From NCBI RefSeq assembly GCF_006345805.1, contig NW_021833114.1, positions 1 through 64,000 of the forward strand: a stretch of DNA of 64,000 bases. Reading direction: 5' to 3'. How positions within the stretch are numbered: position 1 is the first letter of the stretch; every line of letters starts with the position of its first letter. Source of the stretch: Octopus sinensis. Its lineage: Eukaryota. The position numbers were made by a program, and so were the translations under genes. This document shows positions 11,481 through 24,004 of this stretch, piece after piece. The notes below the pieces were generated by a model, which did not search any database, was not told the origin of the DNA, and was given only the letters and a program-made list of their open reading frames with translations.

Positions 11481-13156
11481 TGTCACAGTCCAGACGTGCG
11501 TCACGCCGGACGTGAGTCACTTGTTAAAAATTTATAAAAATAAATAAAAAATACCTAAATAGATATACCTTACTCCAATTTTACCATATTAGTGTTTTTT
11601 ATGTCTTTTTTTGGATAAAAGTTCATATTATTCACCCACAAAAAACAAACATAACGCATTTTTGACTCGGCATAACGTTTTATCGATTAACTTCAATTTT
11701 TTTTATTTAAAAAAAATTTTAAAATATTAAAAATTATTTTTTTGATTTCCTTAGCCGACTAAAATGTACTTTCTCAATAATATCCCCCTCCTCATTTTCT
11801 AAGTCCAATGTGTTTCCGTCCTGTTTTATCACTCTGTATGCAGATGTATCTATCTGGTCATACAGAGGATATTTTCTTGTGTTTTCATTTACATCCTGAT
11901 CCATCCGTAAAAGTGCGTGATCTCCAACTGATATTTCCTCTTCATCAAATCTCCATCTTCTCCTTTTTTTTCATTTTTTCACCCGCACTTTGCAAATTGT
12001 TCAGTACATCTTCTTGCATTCTATTCACTTCTTCGCTTTCATACACAAAATCTACCTCTTCGTATTCATTTTCTCCTTATCGTAAAATAATTTCATAATT
12101 ACCAGTAAAAGCAAATAAAGACTGCATAATCTGATCATCTAGTTTTTTTTTCATATCCCACTCCCATAAAAATATTAAACGGAATATGCTTCGTGGTGTC
12201 ATGTTTAGAATTATTGTATTGGTAGACAATTCTTTTAATAATTGTATGATATTCTCCGAACATTCCATTTGAAGCGCTTGTAGAAGAGATCCATCGTTTT
12301 ATAGATTGGTTAAATTTTAAAATTAACAAAATAAATATACCGTTCTACCTGACCTTGTATCCATGGGGCACGTGGTCTTCCACATATGTGCTTAGTTCCA
12401 AACCTTGTACACATTTCCTCCATCATATTGTTTTTGAACTCCTTTCCATTATCTGTTTGCAAGATTAATGGAGCTCCAATCATCATAAAAATGTTTTCAA
12501 TAATAGGCACTATTTCTGTGCCGCATTTGGTTTTCGCAAGTTCTACAACCCCATATTTTGAAAAAGAGTCAATTAAAACAAGAATCTGGATAAATCGTAA
12601 TAAATACCCATTTAAAGTTGTTATTTATTTCGGAATATCTTCTTAAATCTATCAAATCAGCAATGTATCTATCTCTTGGGCCTTTTGCAATAATAGGAGT
12701 GATAACCTGCCTTGTGACTAGCCTCTTCCAAAATGTACATAATTGTGCTCACACTAATCATAATTAAATAAATTGATACTTCTATATATTTCAGCTTTAA
12801 CTCTTGATCTTCTATGCAGAATAATCTGACTTTTTTATTCTTTTGGTATATGTAGGCTATATTTTCCTCAATAAGTATTCGGTTAGCAATCCTACGTAAT
12901 CTAAAACGTTCTCTTCTACTGATTCCGTCATCAAATGATCCAAATTGTTTAAAAGTTCTTATTTTCAATAAATCCTCTTGTGATAGTGTAATTAGAAACA
13001 TTTGATAACGTGCAAAATTTAAAAATAAAATACAATAATATATAATATTAATTAAGAAATTGTGATTTTTGAATGATTTTATTATATAAAAAATATAAAA
13101 ATATCCAAAATCTGACCAAGTGACTCACGTCCGGCGTGACTCACGTCTGGACTGTA
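11481..13156 (-). mobile_element. Ginger2/TDD-like transposon with intron-containing integrase pseudogene (ATG 13001)
   Basis: TIRs TGTCACAGTCCAGACGTG.../...CACGTCTGGACTGT(gac)A; TSD AAATT if a 3-nt deletion is allowed; PRDRYIADLIDL, LIDSFSKY, LQTDNGKEFKN, GRPRAPWIQGQVER. Confidence 0.9.
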
Positions 13157-13759
13157 AAATTTAAACATGTTTATTTTATTTTTTCAGTATTGAATTTTTA
13201 TCAAATTGGCCATAAAATTTGTATGTACCAAAAATGGCCAATTTGCGAGGGTTCACTGTATGGTATCATAAAGTTGCGAGCTCAAAGTCCAATCATTATT
13301 TATACAAATACAAAGTCAAGTTACAAAAAAAATAAAGTGCAATCTGTGGTAGAAAACACCAGAGTATGCATTAAAGTGGATACTACCATTTACATTTCGA
13401 TTATTGTCCAGCGCAATAAGTTAGACATTTTAGTACAAAATAATATCTCAGGCCACAGGAACCGGTTGGAAAACACTCTCTCCGTGGCGTTTCTTGACCA
13501 AAAGCAAAAGAGTCTAGTCCTCAGATTTCGGAAGCAAATGAGTCGTCGGATTAATTTAATTAACTTTTAATTGTCTCTGTTTTTTGTTTAATAAAAGTGC
13601 GTTAACAAGAGTTTTATGTATTTTTTATGAAGACGCTAAGTAGTGCGGATTTATAGTTCAGAAATTTAAAAGATATACAATCCCGACATCGATTCAGTCT
13701 TAAAAACTAATTTCAAGTTATTAAACATTTCAAAAGCTGGCAAAAAAGCAAAGTTGTAA

Positions 13760-16441
13760 TTAATTAGAGAACGGAGATTTGTCAGTGTAAATTACCATGA
13801 CATCGAAATTAAGCAATTGATTATATACATTTCTAAGAGGCATAACTCTTAGTCCCTCCTTTAAAGATTTGAGTTCCACGAAGTTGCGTGAAATAACTTG
13901 TCCGTTTTCTTCTTCCACAACAAATAGAATAAAAGATACACTTTCTTTAATGCTGGCTTTTTCCAAAACTATTTTTGAATTTTCCAAACAATCGTTCAAA
14001 TAGCATTTTCCTTCAGTCTCGATAGCACACTTTAAATGTCCTTCTGTAAAACAGTTCCCAGATATTAAAGAAACTTTTATTGTCACATTTCGTTTTGTCG
14101 ATCCGTTTAAATGAAGGGACATGATCTTAATGTAAATAAATATGATCATTGCTTTTATCGCAATTCTACTGTTCTTATTTAGTGATGGTAGTCCACGTAA
14201 ACTTCGGGGCTTGAGAATATAACCTCCCCGATTATTGTAGTCAAACATTGCGCAGTTCAGATGGACATTTTGATCGAATGTTTGGAAGTTAAGCGCAACC
14301 ATCTGAATTCCAGTTTTCCAAAAAGGCTATCGATTATTAAATTTGTACAAACAAAGGGGTTGATATTCGAAGAATCTACACGGGATATTTTTGGGTACAC
14401 ACGAAATATTTGTTTGGCCGATCGCCTAAAAGCGTCATAATTTATTTACTCTATTAAAGAATCTTGAGATGACTCCACAAGAGAAATTGCTTGCGATTCG
14501 GAAACTGAAACAAGGCGAAAGGGCATGTTATAATCTAAATTCTGGAAATAAATATAAACCATTTTCTGATTTTAGCATGGATAGTTTGGAGGTAACCAAA
14601 TAATTGACCATCTCGCATAAAGATTCTCTTGCTGGAAAATTGGTATTTTCCTCTCTGTTTGACGGGGCTCTTTTTTTGTTTAGTTTGATCGACCGACTAA
14701 ATCTTTTTTGAATATAGTGAGTTAAAGACTGTTTTCTTTTTTGTATAGCTTTTATTAAAGTATATTTAAAACCTTTAGATCCATACGCTGAATTTTCGGA
14801 ATTGTAATTCGCTCCAATTTCATTGTCAATTGTTTTAACTTCAAAATTTTTTATAAATTTATTTTCTAGTGCGATAAAATAAGTGGTTTGAATCTTACCT
14901 TTAAATAAATCGTCTTTACATTTAATAATAATTTTATTGCGAACTTCCCACAAAGAAGGAAGGCTTTCTAACCAGCGAGTAGTCCATAAATTTTGACCGA
15001 ATACTGCTCTCATATTTTGTGCCATCTTCATTTGACACAGTGTGCTGAGAATGATTAATTAAAAGTTTACGAGCAATGGTTTTCAATTGATAGAATAATT
15101 GGATGATCACTTGTTACAAATGCTACCTCTGAAATAGCCTCTACTACAGAAGAAAATGGTAGTGACGAGCAGATGGTTCTTCCATGGGTCACTACAGGCT
15201 CATCGCCATCCCAACAGTCTACTTCTACACAACGACAACCTCCTAACAAGCATGCTCTATATATATCTGCACATGATTTCCCACTTAGTTGATTTCCTGC
15301 AAAGTATAAAAAACGTGCAACCGGATAAATATGTATTGTGTGAAGAGTTAATAAAGTAATGACTTAGGGGGTATCCGTCATCTACTCTTCTCTCTAGAGC
15401 TTTTCGATCAATAAAACTGCTTTCTCCACTTAACAAATACTTGGTAAGACCACTTAGTGAAAGTTTATCTAATAGAATTATTTACCGTTAGAACCCTGCA
15501 TTTGGAGGGAATGGTCAGGTTCAAACCAATTTATAATTTCTGAGGCCATACATTCTGTCGGTTGCATTTTTTGTATTCGTTGAAGAAATAAGTTTAATTT
15601 GTTATGTTTTATTATGCCATTTGAAAAATAACTAGTAGCAAGAGAGAACATATGTACTTGATAAGAATTTTTTCAATATTCAGCCAATCAATTAAGCGAA
15701 GTCGAAAATTAATGAATTTTTCGAGAGTAAAATCCTTCAAATATAAAAAATGATTCTTTAATATAAAATACACAAATACCAGATTTGAGGGAAACTGCGC
15801 TTCTTTTAGACATTGAACTAATTTATTAGTATTATAATGCTGGTAATTTTTGATAAATCTATTACATAATTTTGAACTGTATTACTCTTTAATTTTCATT
15901 TTTTTATGTGCATTTATTTTGATGTAAAATTTATTAAACTCTTTTTCAAGTATGTTAAGTGGGCTTGGATAATAATTACTTGCACAACTCATGAAGTTGA
16001 AAATAATATTAATTAATTTCTACATAATTATCAGATTCAGTAAACCTGAACGTATTTATGACTAAAGAATGTGAATGTTAATTGTTCTGTGTTCGCATAT
16101 GAATTCCCAACGAATATTGTGACTACATTTCCCTTTAACTTTTCAACCAAGTGTCCTCTACAAGAGGTCAGATTCCCAAAATTCTAAATAAAACAAATTT
16201 AAACATAAACTAGTTCCATGTGTCTTTTTTCCACAACATCCTTAATGTCAGTCAGTTCAATAAAGCATATACACTAAACAGTATATTCAATGAATACCTC
16301 CTTGTCAGCATTTATACATGCAATTTGATAAAGGTCGATGGTCATTAGGATGAGCTCAATTTTGTTAGATTTGCGATTATATTTTAAGCATCGAATGGAA
16401 TTAAATTTATTATGTGGCTGGTTCGTGGTAGTGTTTATCAT
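13760..16441 (-). CDS. Phosphoinositide phospholipase C (N-terminal PH-like region, X, Y, C2), multi-exon
   Basis: X box PLSHYFINSSHNTYL, GCRCVEVDCWDG, VTHGRT, ILSIENHCS; Y box RVYPK..RVDSSN, QMVALNFQT, GGYILKP; short GT-AG introns; start codon tentative. Confidence 0.92.
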
Positions 16442-17174
16442 TGAACAAACTCGTGATTTTATTTATATCAACTTAAAATTCAAGCTTGATATTTTTCATT
16501 AAAAGCTAAACTATTTAATAAAAATAATAATTAAGTTGTGTCCGACACTTGGAGATCTCATAAGCCAATTTTCTCCGCCCCTCCCAGTCATTCGCAGTTT
16601 CAAGAAGCTTTGATAAAGGCAATCCCGCGACTTCTACTGTTGATAGCCATCAAGTCACGGTCGGCCGGGACTTTTTTTCTTAACAATATTGCTCAGCATA
16701 ATGAATCTTTCAAATGAATTAAAGCGGGCGACATGTATATTTTTTTAATAATGTTAATATAATTTAAAATTCAAAGTAGCAGCAGTTTACCTCTAATTAT
16801 AACCTACGAGAGTTTCTCAATAAAAACTTATGAATTCTGTTTCATTTTTTTGATTAGGCTTCGTGCAAATGATCTCTATCAGAGGTCTTAAATGTCAGAA
16901 ATGGACACTCATATTGTTGGCATTGACACGAGCATACCCCTCGATTTTATTTCTTTATACACTAAGATTGATGGCATGATGATCTAAAATATATCAATAT
17001 GAATCGTTAAATGACTTGTTAACTTTTATTTTTAATTCACAAACAAAAAATAATGAATTTTATACAACTTTTAAAGGTTCTCTGTTTAATAAATATTGTT
17101 TTTCTCAAACGAAAAAGTTTATTTTTGCTAATTTTTAATTTCATCATTTTTAAAAATAGAATCAGAAATAAGAG

Positions 17175-17480
17175 TTGTCGGTTAGGATAATCAGACTATT
17201 ATTAGCGAACACTAAGACAAGAATTGGGACACCCAAAGGTGATTCCATCTCTCATTTACTATTTACCATATATCTTGAATTTGTTTTCCGCGACCTCCGT
17301 AAATGCTATACAGGAGAAATAAAAGAGACATTTTATTCTGATGATGTGGATTTCGTATCACGGAACGTGACCGCACTCAAACACCTACTAGAAAATGCAC
17401 CATCGAGAATTGGAAAATGGTTTCTCAGCGTAAATGTAAACTTCATTCAACGGATTATTGAAACTGGATTCGTTCCATAG
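17175..17480 (+). mobile_element. Degenerate RTE RT fragment
   Basis: GTPKGDSIS.LLF.IYLE..FYSDDVDF, similar to the RTE at 58537-59886. Confidence 0.8.
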
Positions 17481-18462
17481 AAGGCAACTAAAAAGCTTAC
17501 TCGGAATGAAGTGTACGCGAAAAATATCAACCACTTGTATGAACAATTTTTTTCATTTATAAAATTAACAAAAACTGTTCATAGAACACGACTACAGACA
17601 AAAATTTGTCGGCTTTAATTAAAGTTGGGACTACAAAAATAATTGAGCCCGACATATCAAAAATCTTATTGGAAAAAATATGTCAATCATCCGAAAGTAG
17701 ATCTAAGCACGATTAAAAGATAGTGATTACACATTTAGATTTCCTTATTTTTGGTTTTTCACTAAAATAAATAAATAATCTTTCCTTGATGAAAATTATT
17801 ATGAACTAGCTCGGCAGCTCGCTTCGCTCACCGCGACCTAGCTCCTGCGGAGGGCCTGTTTCATCAAACAACTATAAGTTTATGTAGATGTATAAAACTA
17901 CCTGGTTTAATGTAACCCTATTCTATCGCCTGTTGATAAACGATGTTTGTCGTCCGTCCTTCCTTGGCATATATGAATAAATTTTCTCTTCTGCCTACCC
18001 TCAAGCATCCCACATACAGCTGTCCATGTGAAAAGCACTCACTCTCTAAAAATAACCCAACTACCTTTAATGACTGTCCCTGGGCCTTGTTTATTGTCAT
18101 TGCAAACTTTTTTTTCATTTTTTGTGGTTTATTTTTTTATATTTAATTTTTTCATTTTTCCTTTGTAATTTCTTTTTTTTCTTTTTTTATTTTTTACTGG
18201 CGGAAATGGGGCAGGGGGATGGACGGCAGGCGGAAATGCGGCAGGCAAGAAAGCGACACACAAAAAAGATTTAATTAATTACCTTATTAAGCTGACCGTT
18301 TTTTCTTCAGCTTCGTTTTTCCTCCTTCGGTTATCTATTTAAAAAATTATTTTTGAATAATAAAAAAGTTTAGGAAAAGAGGCATACCGAAAATAAATTC
18401 TATCTTTACGAAAAACTCAAGTAAATAGTTAATATTTTTACGCAAATTCTTCTGATTGCGCT

Positions 18463-18790
18463 GTCAATTGGTGGTAAATTGTGTTAATGATTGTGCTAAT
18501 GTGGTTTCAACTATCAAAGTGTTTTTCAAAATCTGTTAATTGCACACTCTATTTAAGGTCGTGCGTCAATTGGTGGTAAATTGTGTTAATGATTGTGCTA
18601 ATGTGGTTTCAACTATCAAAGTGGTTTTTCAAAATCTGTTAATTGCACACTCTATTTAAGGTCGTGCGTCAATTGGTGGTAAATTGTGTTAATGATTGTG
18701 CTAATGTGGTTTCAACTATCAAAGTGGTTTTTCAAAATCTGTAATTGCACACTCTATTCAAAGTCGTGCAATCTGTGATTGCACATTCTG
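18463..18790. repeat. About 102-bp tandem repeat x3 inside the Helitron
   Basis: GTCAATTGGTGGTAAATTGTG at about 18463, 18566 and 18668. Confidence 0.95.
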
Positions 18791-18984
18791 TCAAAGTCAA
18801 ATATGATAATAGCTTTAATTTTGATTCATGGTCGATAATGATATATGCATTTAATTTAAAGAGAAAAACATAGGATGAATTGAATTTCTTTATCGCGAAT
18901 AATTGGGAGTTCATCATTGTTAATATTCTCGCTGTCGTTTTCATCAAGGATATTCTTAATACGTGAGATTTTTGCCTTGAAGGT

Positions 18985-19945
18985 TTTAATGGACCTCATC
19001 ATGAATGTCGAGGACATTCGCGTTGTTCATTTTAATCAAAATGCAGAAAATATTTTGATTTTTTGGGGGAAAGTTTTAAGGACTTCATCATGTAAGTCGA
19101 GGACATTGTAGTGTTCATTTTAACCAAAATGCAGAAAATTTTTTTTAATTTTTTTGGGGGGAAGGTTTTAAGAACTTCATCATGTAAGTTGAGGACAGTT
19201 GTAGTTGTTCATTTTAACCAAAATGCAGAAAATTTTTTTTTAATTTTTTTGGGGGGAAGGTTTTAAGGACTTCATCATGTAAGTCGAGGACATTTTAGTT
19301 GTTCATTTTAACCAAAATGCAGAAAATTTTTTTTTAATTTTTTTGGGGGGGAAGGTTTTAAGGACTCATCATGTAAGTCGAGGACATTGTAGTTGTTCAT
19401 TTTAACCAAAATGCAGAATTTTTTTTTAATTTTTTTGGGGGGGAAGGTTTTAAGGACTTCATCATGTAAGTCGAGGACATTGTTAGTGTTCATTTTAACC
19501 AAAATGCAGAAAATTTTTTTTAATTTTTTTGGGGGGAAGGTTTTAAGGACTTCATTGTAAGTCGAGGACATTGTAGTTGTTCATTTAACAAAATGCAGAA
19601 AATTTTTTTTTAATTTTTTTGGGGGGAAGGTTTTAAGGACTTCATCGTAAGTCGAGGACATTGTAGTTGTTCATTTTAACCAAAATGCAGAAAATTTTTT
19701 TTTTTTTTAATTTTTTTGGGGGGGAAGGTTTAAGACTTCATCATGTAAGTCGAGGACATTGTAGTTGTTCATTTTAACCAAAATGCAGAAAATTTTTTTT
19801 TAATTTTTTTGGGGGGAAGGTTTTAAGGACTTCATCATGTAAGTCGAGGACATTGTAGTTGTTCATTTTACCAAAATGCAGAAAATTTTTTTTAATTTTT
19901 TTGGGGGGAAGGTTTTAAGGACCTCATCATGTAAGTCGAGGACAT
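18985..19945. repeat. About 93-bp tandem repeat x10 inside the Helitron
   Basis: AAGGACTTCATCATGTAAGTCGAGGACATTG...TTTTGGGGGGAAGGTTTT unit; length varies mainly in homopolymers. Confidence 0.95.
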
Positions 19946-20067
19946 CGTATTGCCAATTTGAAGTTGGTGTGCAACACACAGACAGACAGACAGAAGCCAC
20001 ACAGACAGACACCAGACAGACGAACAGACAACAGACAGACACACACCATACCATTTTATTATTAAGA

Positions 20068-20133
20068 TGTGGCCCTCGAAGGAAAATTATTTAAAAATGT
20101 GTCCCCTGAAGCAAAATGAGTTTGACACCCCTG
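20068..20133. mobile_element. hAT-type terminus
   Basis: GAGTTTGACACCCCTG, reverse complement of the CAGGGGTGTCAAAC hAT TIR. Confidence 0.6.
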
Positions 20134-20194
20134 CATTATACTTTCAAGTTGTTTTGTATTTGGCATATTTTAATTGATTGGTTAGATCTAAAAA

Positions 20195-21050
20195 TTATTA
20201 AGTTAGTAATTACCTCTCCACTTGGCCTTGTATCCACGGTGCGCGTGGTCTTTCACATACGTGATTTATATCAAATTTAAACTCTTTTCCATTGTCGGTT
20301 TGCAAAATAATTGAGAATCAATAAGAAATAGTTTATTTAAACAAATCAAAATTATTAAATTCATTGAAGTGAAAAATATCTTATGATAATTTTTGTTCCA
20401 ATTTCCTTCTCTTTACTCCTCCTTCCGCCGGATTCATGGGCCGGAATACAGCGTCTGTATGCTTGACAGGTTCCTCTGGAGTCTCGTTGTGGCTGTTTCC
20501 TTTATTTATTCGTTCATTGATCACATGCTACGCCGTTGTAGGCAAGAGTTTGTACTCCGGGAGCATGGTCTCCAGTATTTTTTTAATTACGATTGTCTGA
20601 AAATATGCACCCGTTGAGTCGTGGATTTTTAGGAGGTTTTGGTAGTGTTTGTAAAATCTGGATGTGATTCCATCCTATGTAAGGACCAACAGTACGACAT
20701 TCACATTTGTATTGTGGATTGACCTCAATTCGCTTGACAAAAGGTCGTATTTATGTAATTTCTCAACTTCCACATGCTTCAAAGATTGCTGAGAAGTAAT
20801 CCCAACTTCGATCAGGGTAATGATGTTCCGAATATTTCTTTTGCTGTCTTAGTTTTAGATAATTCAACGGCTGCATATTTTGATAACGAATCAATGATAA
20901 CAAGATGAATTTGAAAAAAAATTTGATTCGTTTAATTCCGAATATCTCCTTAAGTCAATAAGATCGGATATGCATCTATTACGCGGACCTTTTGCAATTA
21001 TTGGAAAGTTTTTTGCGTTAATTATGAATAAAGGTCTGCAAACTCTTTGA
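20195..21050 (-). mobile_element. Ginger2-like integrase remnants interrupted by an RLE-LINE fragment (about 20390-20830)
   Basis: LQTDNGKEF, RPRAPWIQGQVER, IIAKGPR; insert reads IEVGITSQ..VEVEKLHKYDLL (RLE endonuclease, R4/Dong-like). Confidence 0.7.
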
Positions 21051-21340
21051 TTTTTATTATTTTTAGAAGTTTTGTTTTTGCTTTTTAAATTACAAAGAAA
21101 CGCATTTTTATGTTTATTTATTTATTAGGATCAAAAACACCGTCATAACCATAATTAACTATTTCAGGTGATCCCAGCCTCTTTTAGAAACCTTCGCATC
21201 TTTTCTCTGTGTTCTACAACGCATTGTCTAAAAGGTCGGGGATCTCGAACATGGACTTTTTTCCTGAGGTCTCCACCGTTTTCTTTCAATTTCTTTTTGT
21301 CCCTTTAGTTGAATTTTGTTCCTCATGTTAAATAAATGTT

Positions 21341-21765
21341 CTACACTTTCTACACTTTTTATTGACCAAAGGACAAGGGTAAGCCAGTTAATTATAATCC
21401 CCCGTGATCCCCCGATTCATGCGAGGGAGATCCTTCTGAAAGGTTCGATCCTGCCCACAATGAACGGACTGAGACGACGATGTCCCAGGGTCAGAGTTCT
21501 AGAAGTCCTTTTTGGGTAGGCATTAGGTGCCTCCTGAGCGTTTCCATATCCGATTGGAAGTTCCAACTGACAGGGTGGACTCCATAACGCCACGCTAAGA
21601 CCGCAAGGAAGGTAAGAGATCCCCATTTTCCAACTGTGTCGTGTCAGAAGTACTCGTTGCCTCACGGGCAGGGTAACGAGAATTGACCCCCAGATGAAAC
21701 TAGCTTCCTTCGGAATCGAACTCACGACTGTCCAGATCCATTATCCATAGCTTAGTCTTCAGCCA
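21341..21765 (-). mobile_element. 5'-truncated LINE 3' end (second copy at about 42225-42440, + strand)
   Basis: 16-bp TSD ATGTTAAATAAATGTT (21325-21340, 21766-21781); AATAAA plus (AAAGTGTAG)2 tail; about 190 bp highly similar to 42230-42420. Confidence 0.8.
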
Positions 21766-21848
21766 ATGTTAAATAAATGTTGTATTTAATTAATTAATTA
21801 GTACGATAATATAATAAAAAATAAAACCAACTTTTATTTTCTAATGAT

Positions 21849-22619
21849 TTGCCATCTGATGTGACCTGCCAATCGGAGTGGACGTCGAAAGTCCACGCCA
21901 ATACGTTTTCATGCCTAAAGGAAACCATGGACCAGAGAAGGTTGGCTTGTTTACAAGCGGGCAACCAGCCCCTAAGCGGCGCGTGGCTAAACTGTTACCC
22001 TTGTAATACAACTGGCTGCCTTCTTAATGATGAAGCCGTAAGAATTGGAGTTTGTCTGCGCCTCGGTCTACGCGTTTATGAAAAACACCAATGCCTGTGC
22101 GGCGTGTGGACTGACGAGTTTGGATATCACTCCCTCTCATGTCGAAACGGAATTGGACGTTCCTCACGGCATTCCGAACTGAACCAGATCATCTGTCGAT
22201 CTCTTCGAACTGCGGGATTCCACACACAATTGGAACCTGCAGTGATTTTTGTAGAGGACGGCAGAAGACCCGATGGGATGACCACATTTCCATTCCAGAG
22301 GGGAAAGTGTCTGGTTTGGGACGTCACGTGTGTGAACTCCTTTTCCAATCAGAATATCAAATTATGCATCGAGAATCCTGGAGCCCCGTCTGAACGGGCT
22401 GAGAAAAGAAAAGCTGAGAAATACGCTGGAATTGGGAATGGGAGAGTGTTTGTCCCCCTGGCTGTTGAGACGTCAGGAATACAGGGGCCTTCTGCTCGGA
22501 CCCTACTCCAGCGTATTGCCTCATTAATCGAAAGGGTTACCGGCGACCCGTGTGAGCACCGGTATTTAATCGAAAGAATATCTATAGTCAGAGGCAATAC
22601 TCTGGCTATCTGCCAATGA
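21849..22619 (+). mobile_element. CRE-clade non-LTR retrotransposon 3' part (Zn knuckle + RLE endonuclease)
   Basis: SGAWL, LRLGL, C.CG..H.LSC, RH..LN, RPDG, WDVTC, AE.RK..KY, ERISI.RGN. Confidence 0.85.
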
Positions 22620-22684
22620 CTATTTCTCTTTTGATTTAAAATTTAATCTAATTAAATTTATTTTTAATTATAATATACGCACCT

Positions 22685-22724
22685 GGTCCGCTCAAAAACC
22701 GGGTTTATTCGAAAACCGGTGACA
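22685..22724. mobile_element. Solo Ginger2-like terminus
   Basis: AAAACCGG doublet with 17-bp period, ending GGTGACA|AATAA. Confidence 0.6.
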
Positions 22725-22847
22725 AATAATAAATAAGCGAATTTCGAAATAATTATCGTAGTAAATATATACTAAGTCAATAAAGGATTGACAGTTATTG
22801 ACTATTTTATATAATCATTAATATATTTTTTAGTGCGCTCATTTCTA

Positions 22848-23934
22848 ATGTCATCGATTGAAGAACGAAGAGAAGCAAGGCGTTTAGCAAGGTCACAGAA
22901 AAACGCAGCTCGTAATAATGACGAGAACGGTAATCAGCGGAAGAGTAAAGAAACGGTTTTAGTTGATTAACTAATATCAGTCTTCGAGATTATCTCGAAA
23001 AGATTCTGCAAGATCACGCTTTTATAGCAATGAAGAAGAATCTCTACTCTCCCCAGGACAAAATACTTATACATATAAGTTCGACGAAAAGCCCGGTGAA
23101 AATCAAAGTTCTGAAAATAACGTTGAAAGCGATAAAGCCGTTGAGGTAATGTAAATTATTTCAATTAAAGGAAAAAAATGACATAATTTGTGAAACTACA
23201 GATAATTCACATCTTGAAGATAACAATACACCAATATTAAAAATTTTTGATCCGGTGTATAATAAACATGAAGAAGAAAATATAGAAAATCAGCCATCTA
23301 TCAACGAACCCCTGACACCTATCAGTGTATGCGATCTTTTAATAAATATAGTCTTTTACTAAAATAAAAAGTCAAAATTTTCTTACTCAAGAAAAACGAC
23401 AACTACTCAAAGTGTGATTGAATCTAAAAACTCTAGAAAATAATAATGCAAAGAGTACATCAACTCGCCAAAGAAGAGGCTTTGCGAAAGGAAATAGACA
23501 GGAGGCAATATGTAGAAGGATTTCTCACTCAATTTCGAGGAGATTTTAATTCAATGAATGAAGGTAAAAATATGGATTAATATGTTAGCAACACTGCAAA
23601 CTCGAATGAAAGATATGAACAAATTGATTCAGAGTATGAAAGAAGATAACTTAGAGGCCCATATGAAATCTCGTAAATTAGACTTTGAAGTAAAATATAG
23701 TATAATGATCTAGGTAAACGAATTGACGTGCAGGCTTAGCAATAGAAGCGGAAAATAGTATTAATTGAGTATTTATTTTTGTAGTGTACTTCCAGTCTTG
23801 AAAAAAATTAACAGAATTTTAATAAAGTATTCATATTATAATTAAGTAAAAGAGATCAAAGTATTAACGAAGAGGCGGTTTGTTTCCGGGCTGCACTAAT
23901 GGACACTAAGAATACTCTTCGACGCTCATCCTAA
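22848..23934 (+). CDS. TNNI: Troponin I-like protein, 9 exons
   Basis: Removing introns 22956-22980, 23146-23170, 23327-23351, 23412-23436, 23564-23588, 23690-23713, 23758-23784 and 23827-23846 gives one ORF: MSSIEERREARR...FLTQEKRQLLKKIIMQR...NEATLQ...LDFEVNELT..GKYVLPVLKKIN...FRAAL, which matches protostome TnI motifs. Confidence 0.82.
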
Positions 23935-24004
23935 CACAATAATCGCACTCTTACTAACACTTCATGTCTACTTTATCATGTTAAGTATTGTTATTAGTAA
24001 ATAA

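Larger units (their letters stand above)
8046..13258 (+). mobile_element. Tigger/pogo-type (CENP-B HTH + DDE_1) transposon interrupted by three nested elements
   Basis: Right TIR ...GGCCAATTTGCGAGGGTTCACTG|TA; degenerate left TIR near 8046; motifs NLDET, SQKAWMT, LLIDQCPAH, LQPMDIGIIKTFK. Confidence 0.85.
17806..20067 (-). mobile_element. Non-autonomous Helitron with PIF1 helicase C-terminal remnant
   Basis: 5' A|TCTTAATAATAAA then (GTCT)n microsatellite at 19970-20067; 3' GC-rich hairpin-like stretch plus CTAG|T at 17806; FAMTINKAQGQSL..FSHGQLYV at 17918-18105. Confidence 0.88.

Noticed and set aside
3676-13156. LTR retrotransposon or Polinton origin of the integrases
   Set aside because: No gag/RT/RNase H, LTRs, polB or capsid genes; the elements are about 1.7 kb with TIRs and 5-bp TSDs.
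18985-20094. ORFs 19308-19571, 19863-20054 and 19876-20094
   Set aside because: Translations of satellite and microsatellite sequence inside a Helitron.
21360-21560. Conserved ncRNA shared with 42230-42420
   Set aside because: Flanked by a 16-bp TSD with poly(A) signal and tandem tail, so better explained as a LINE 3' end.
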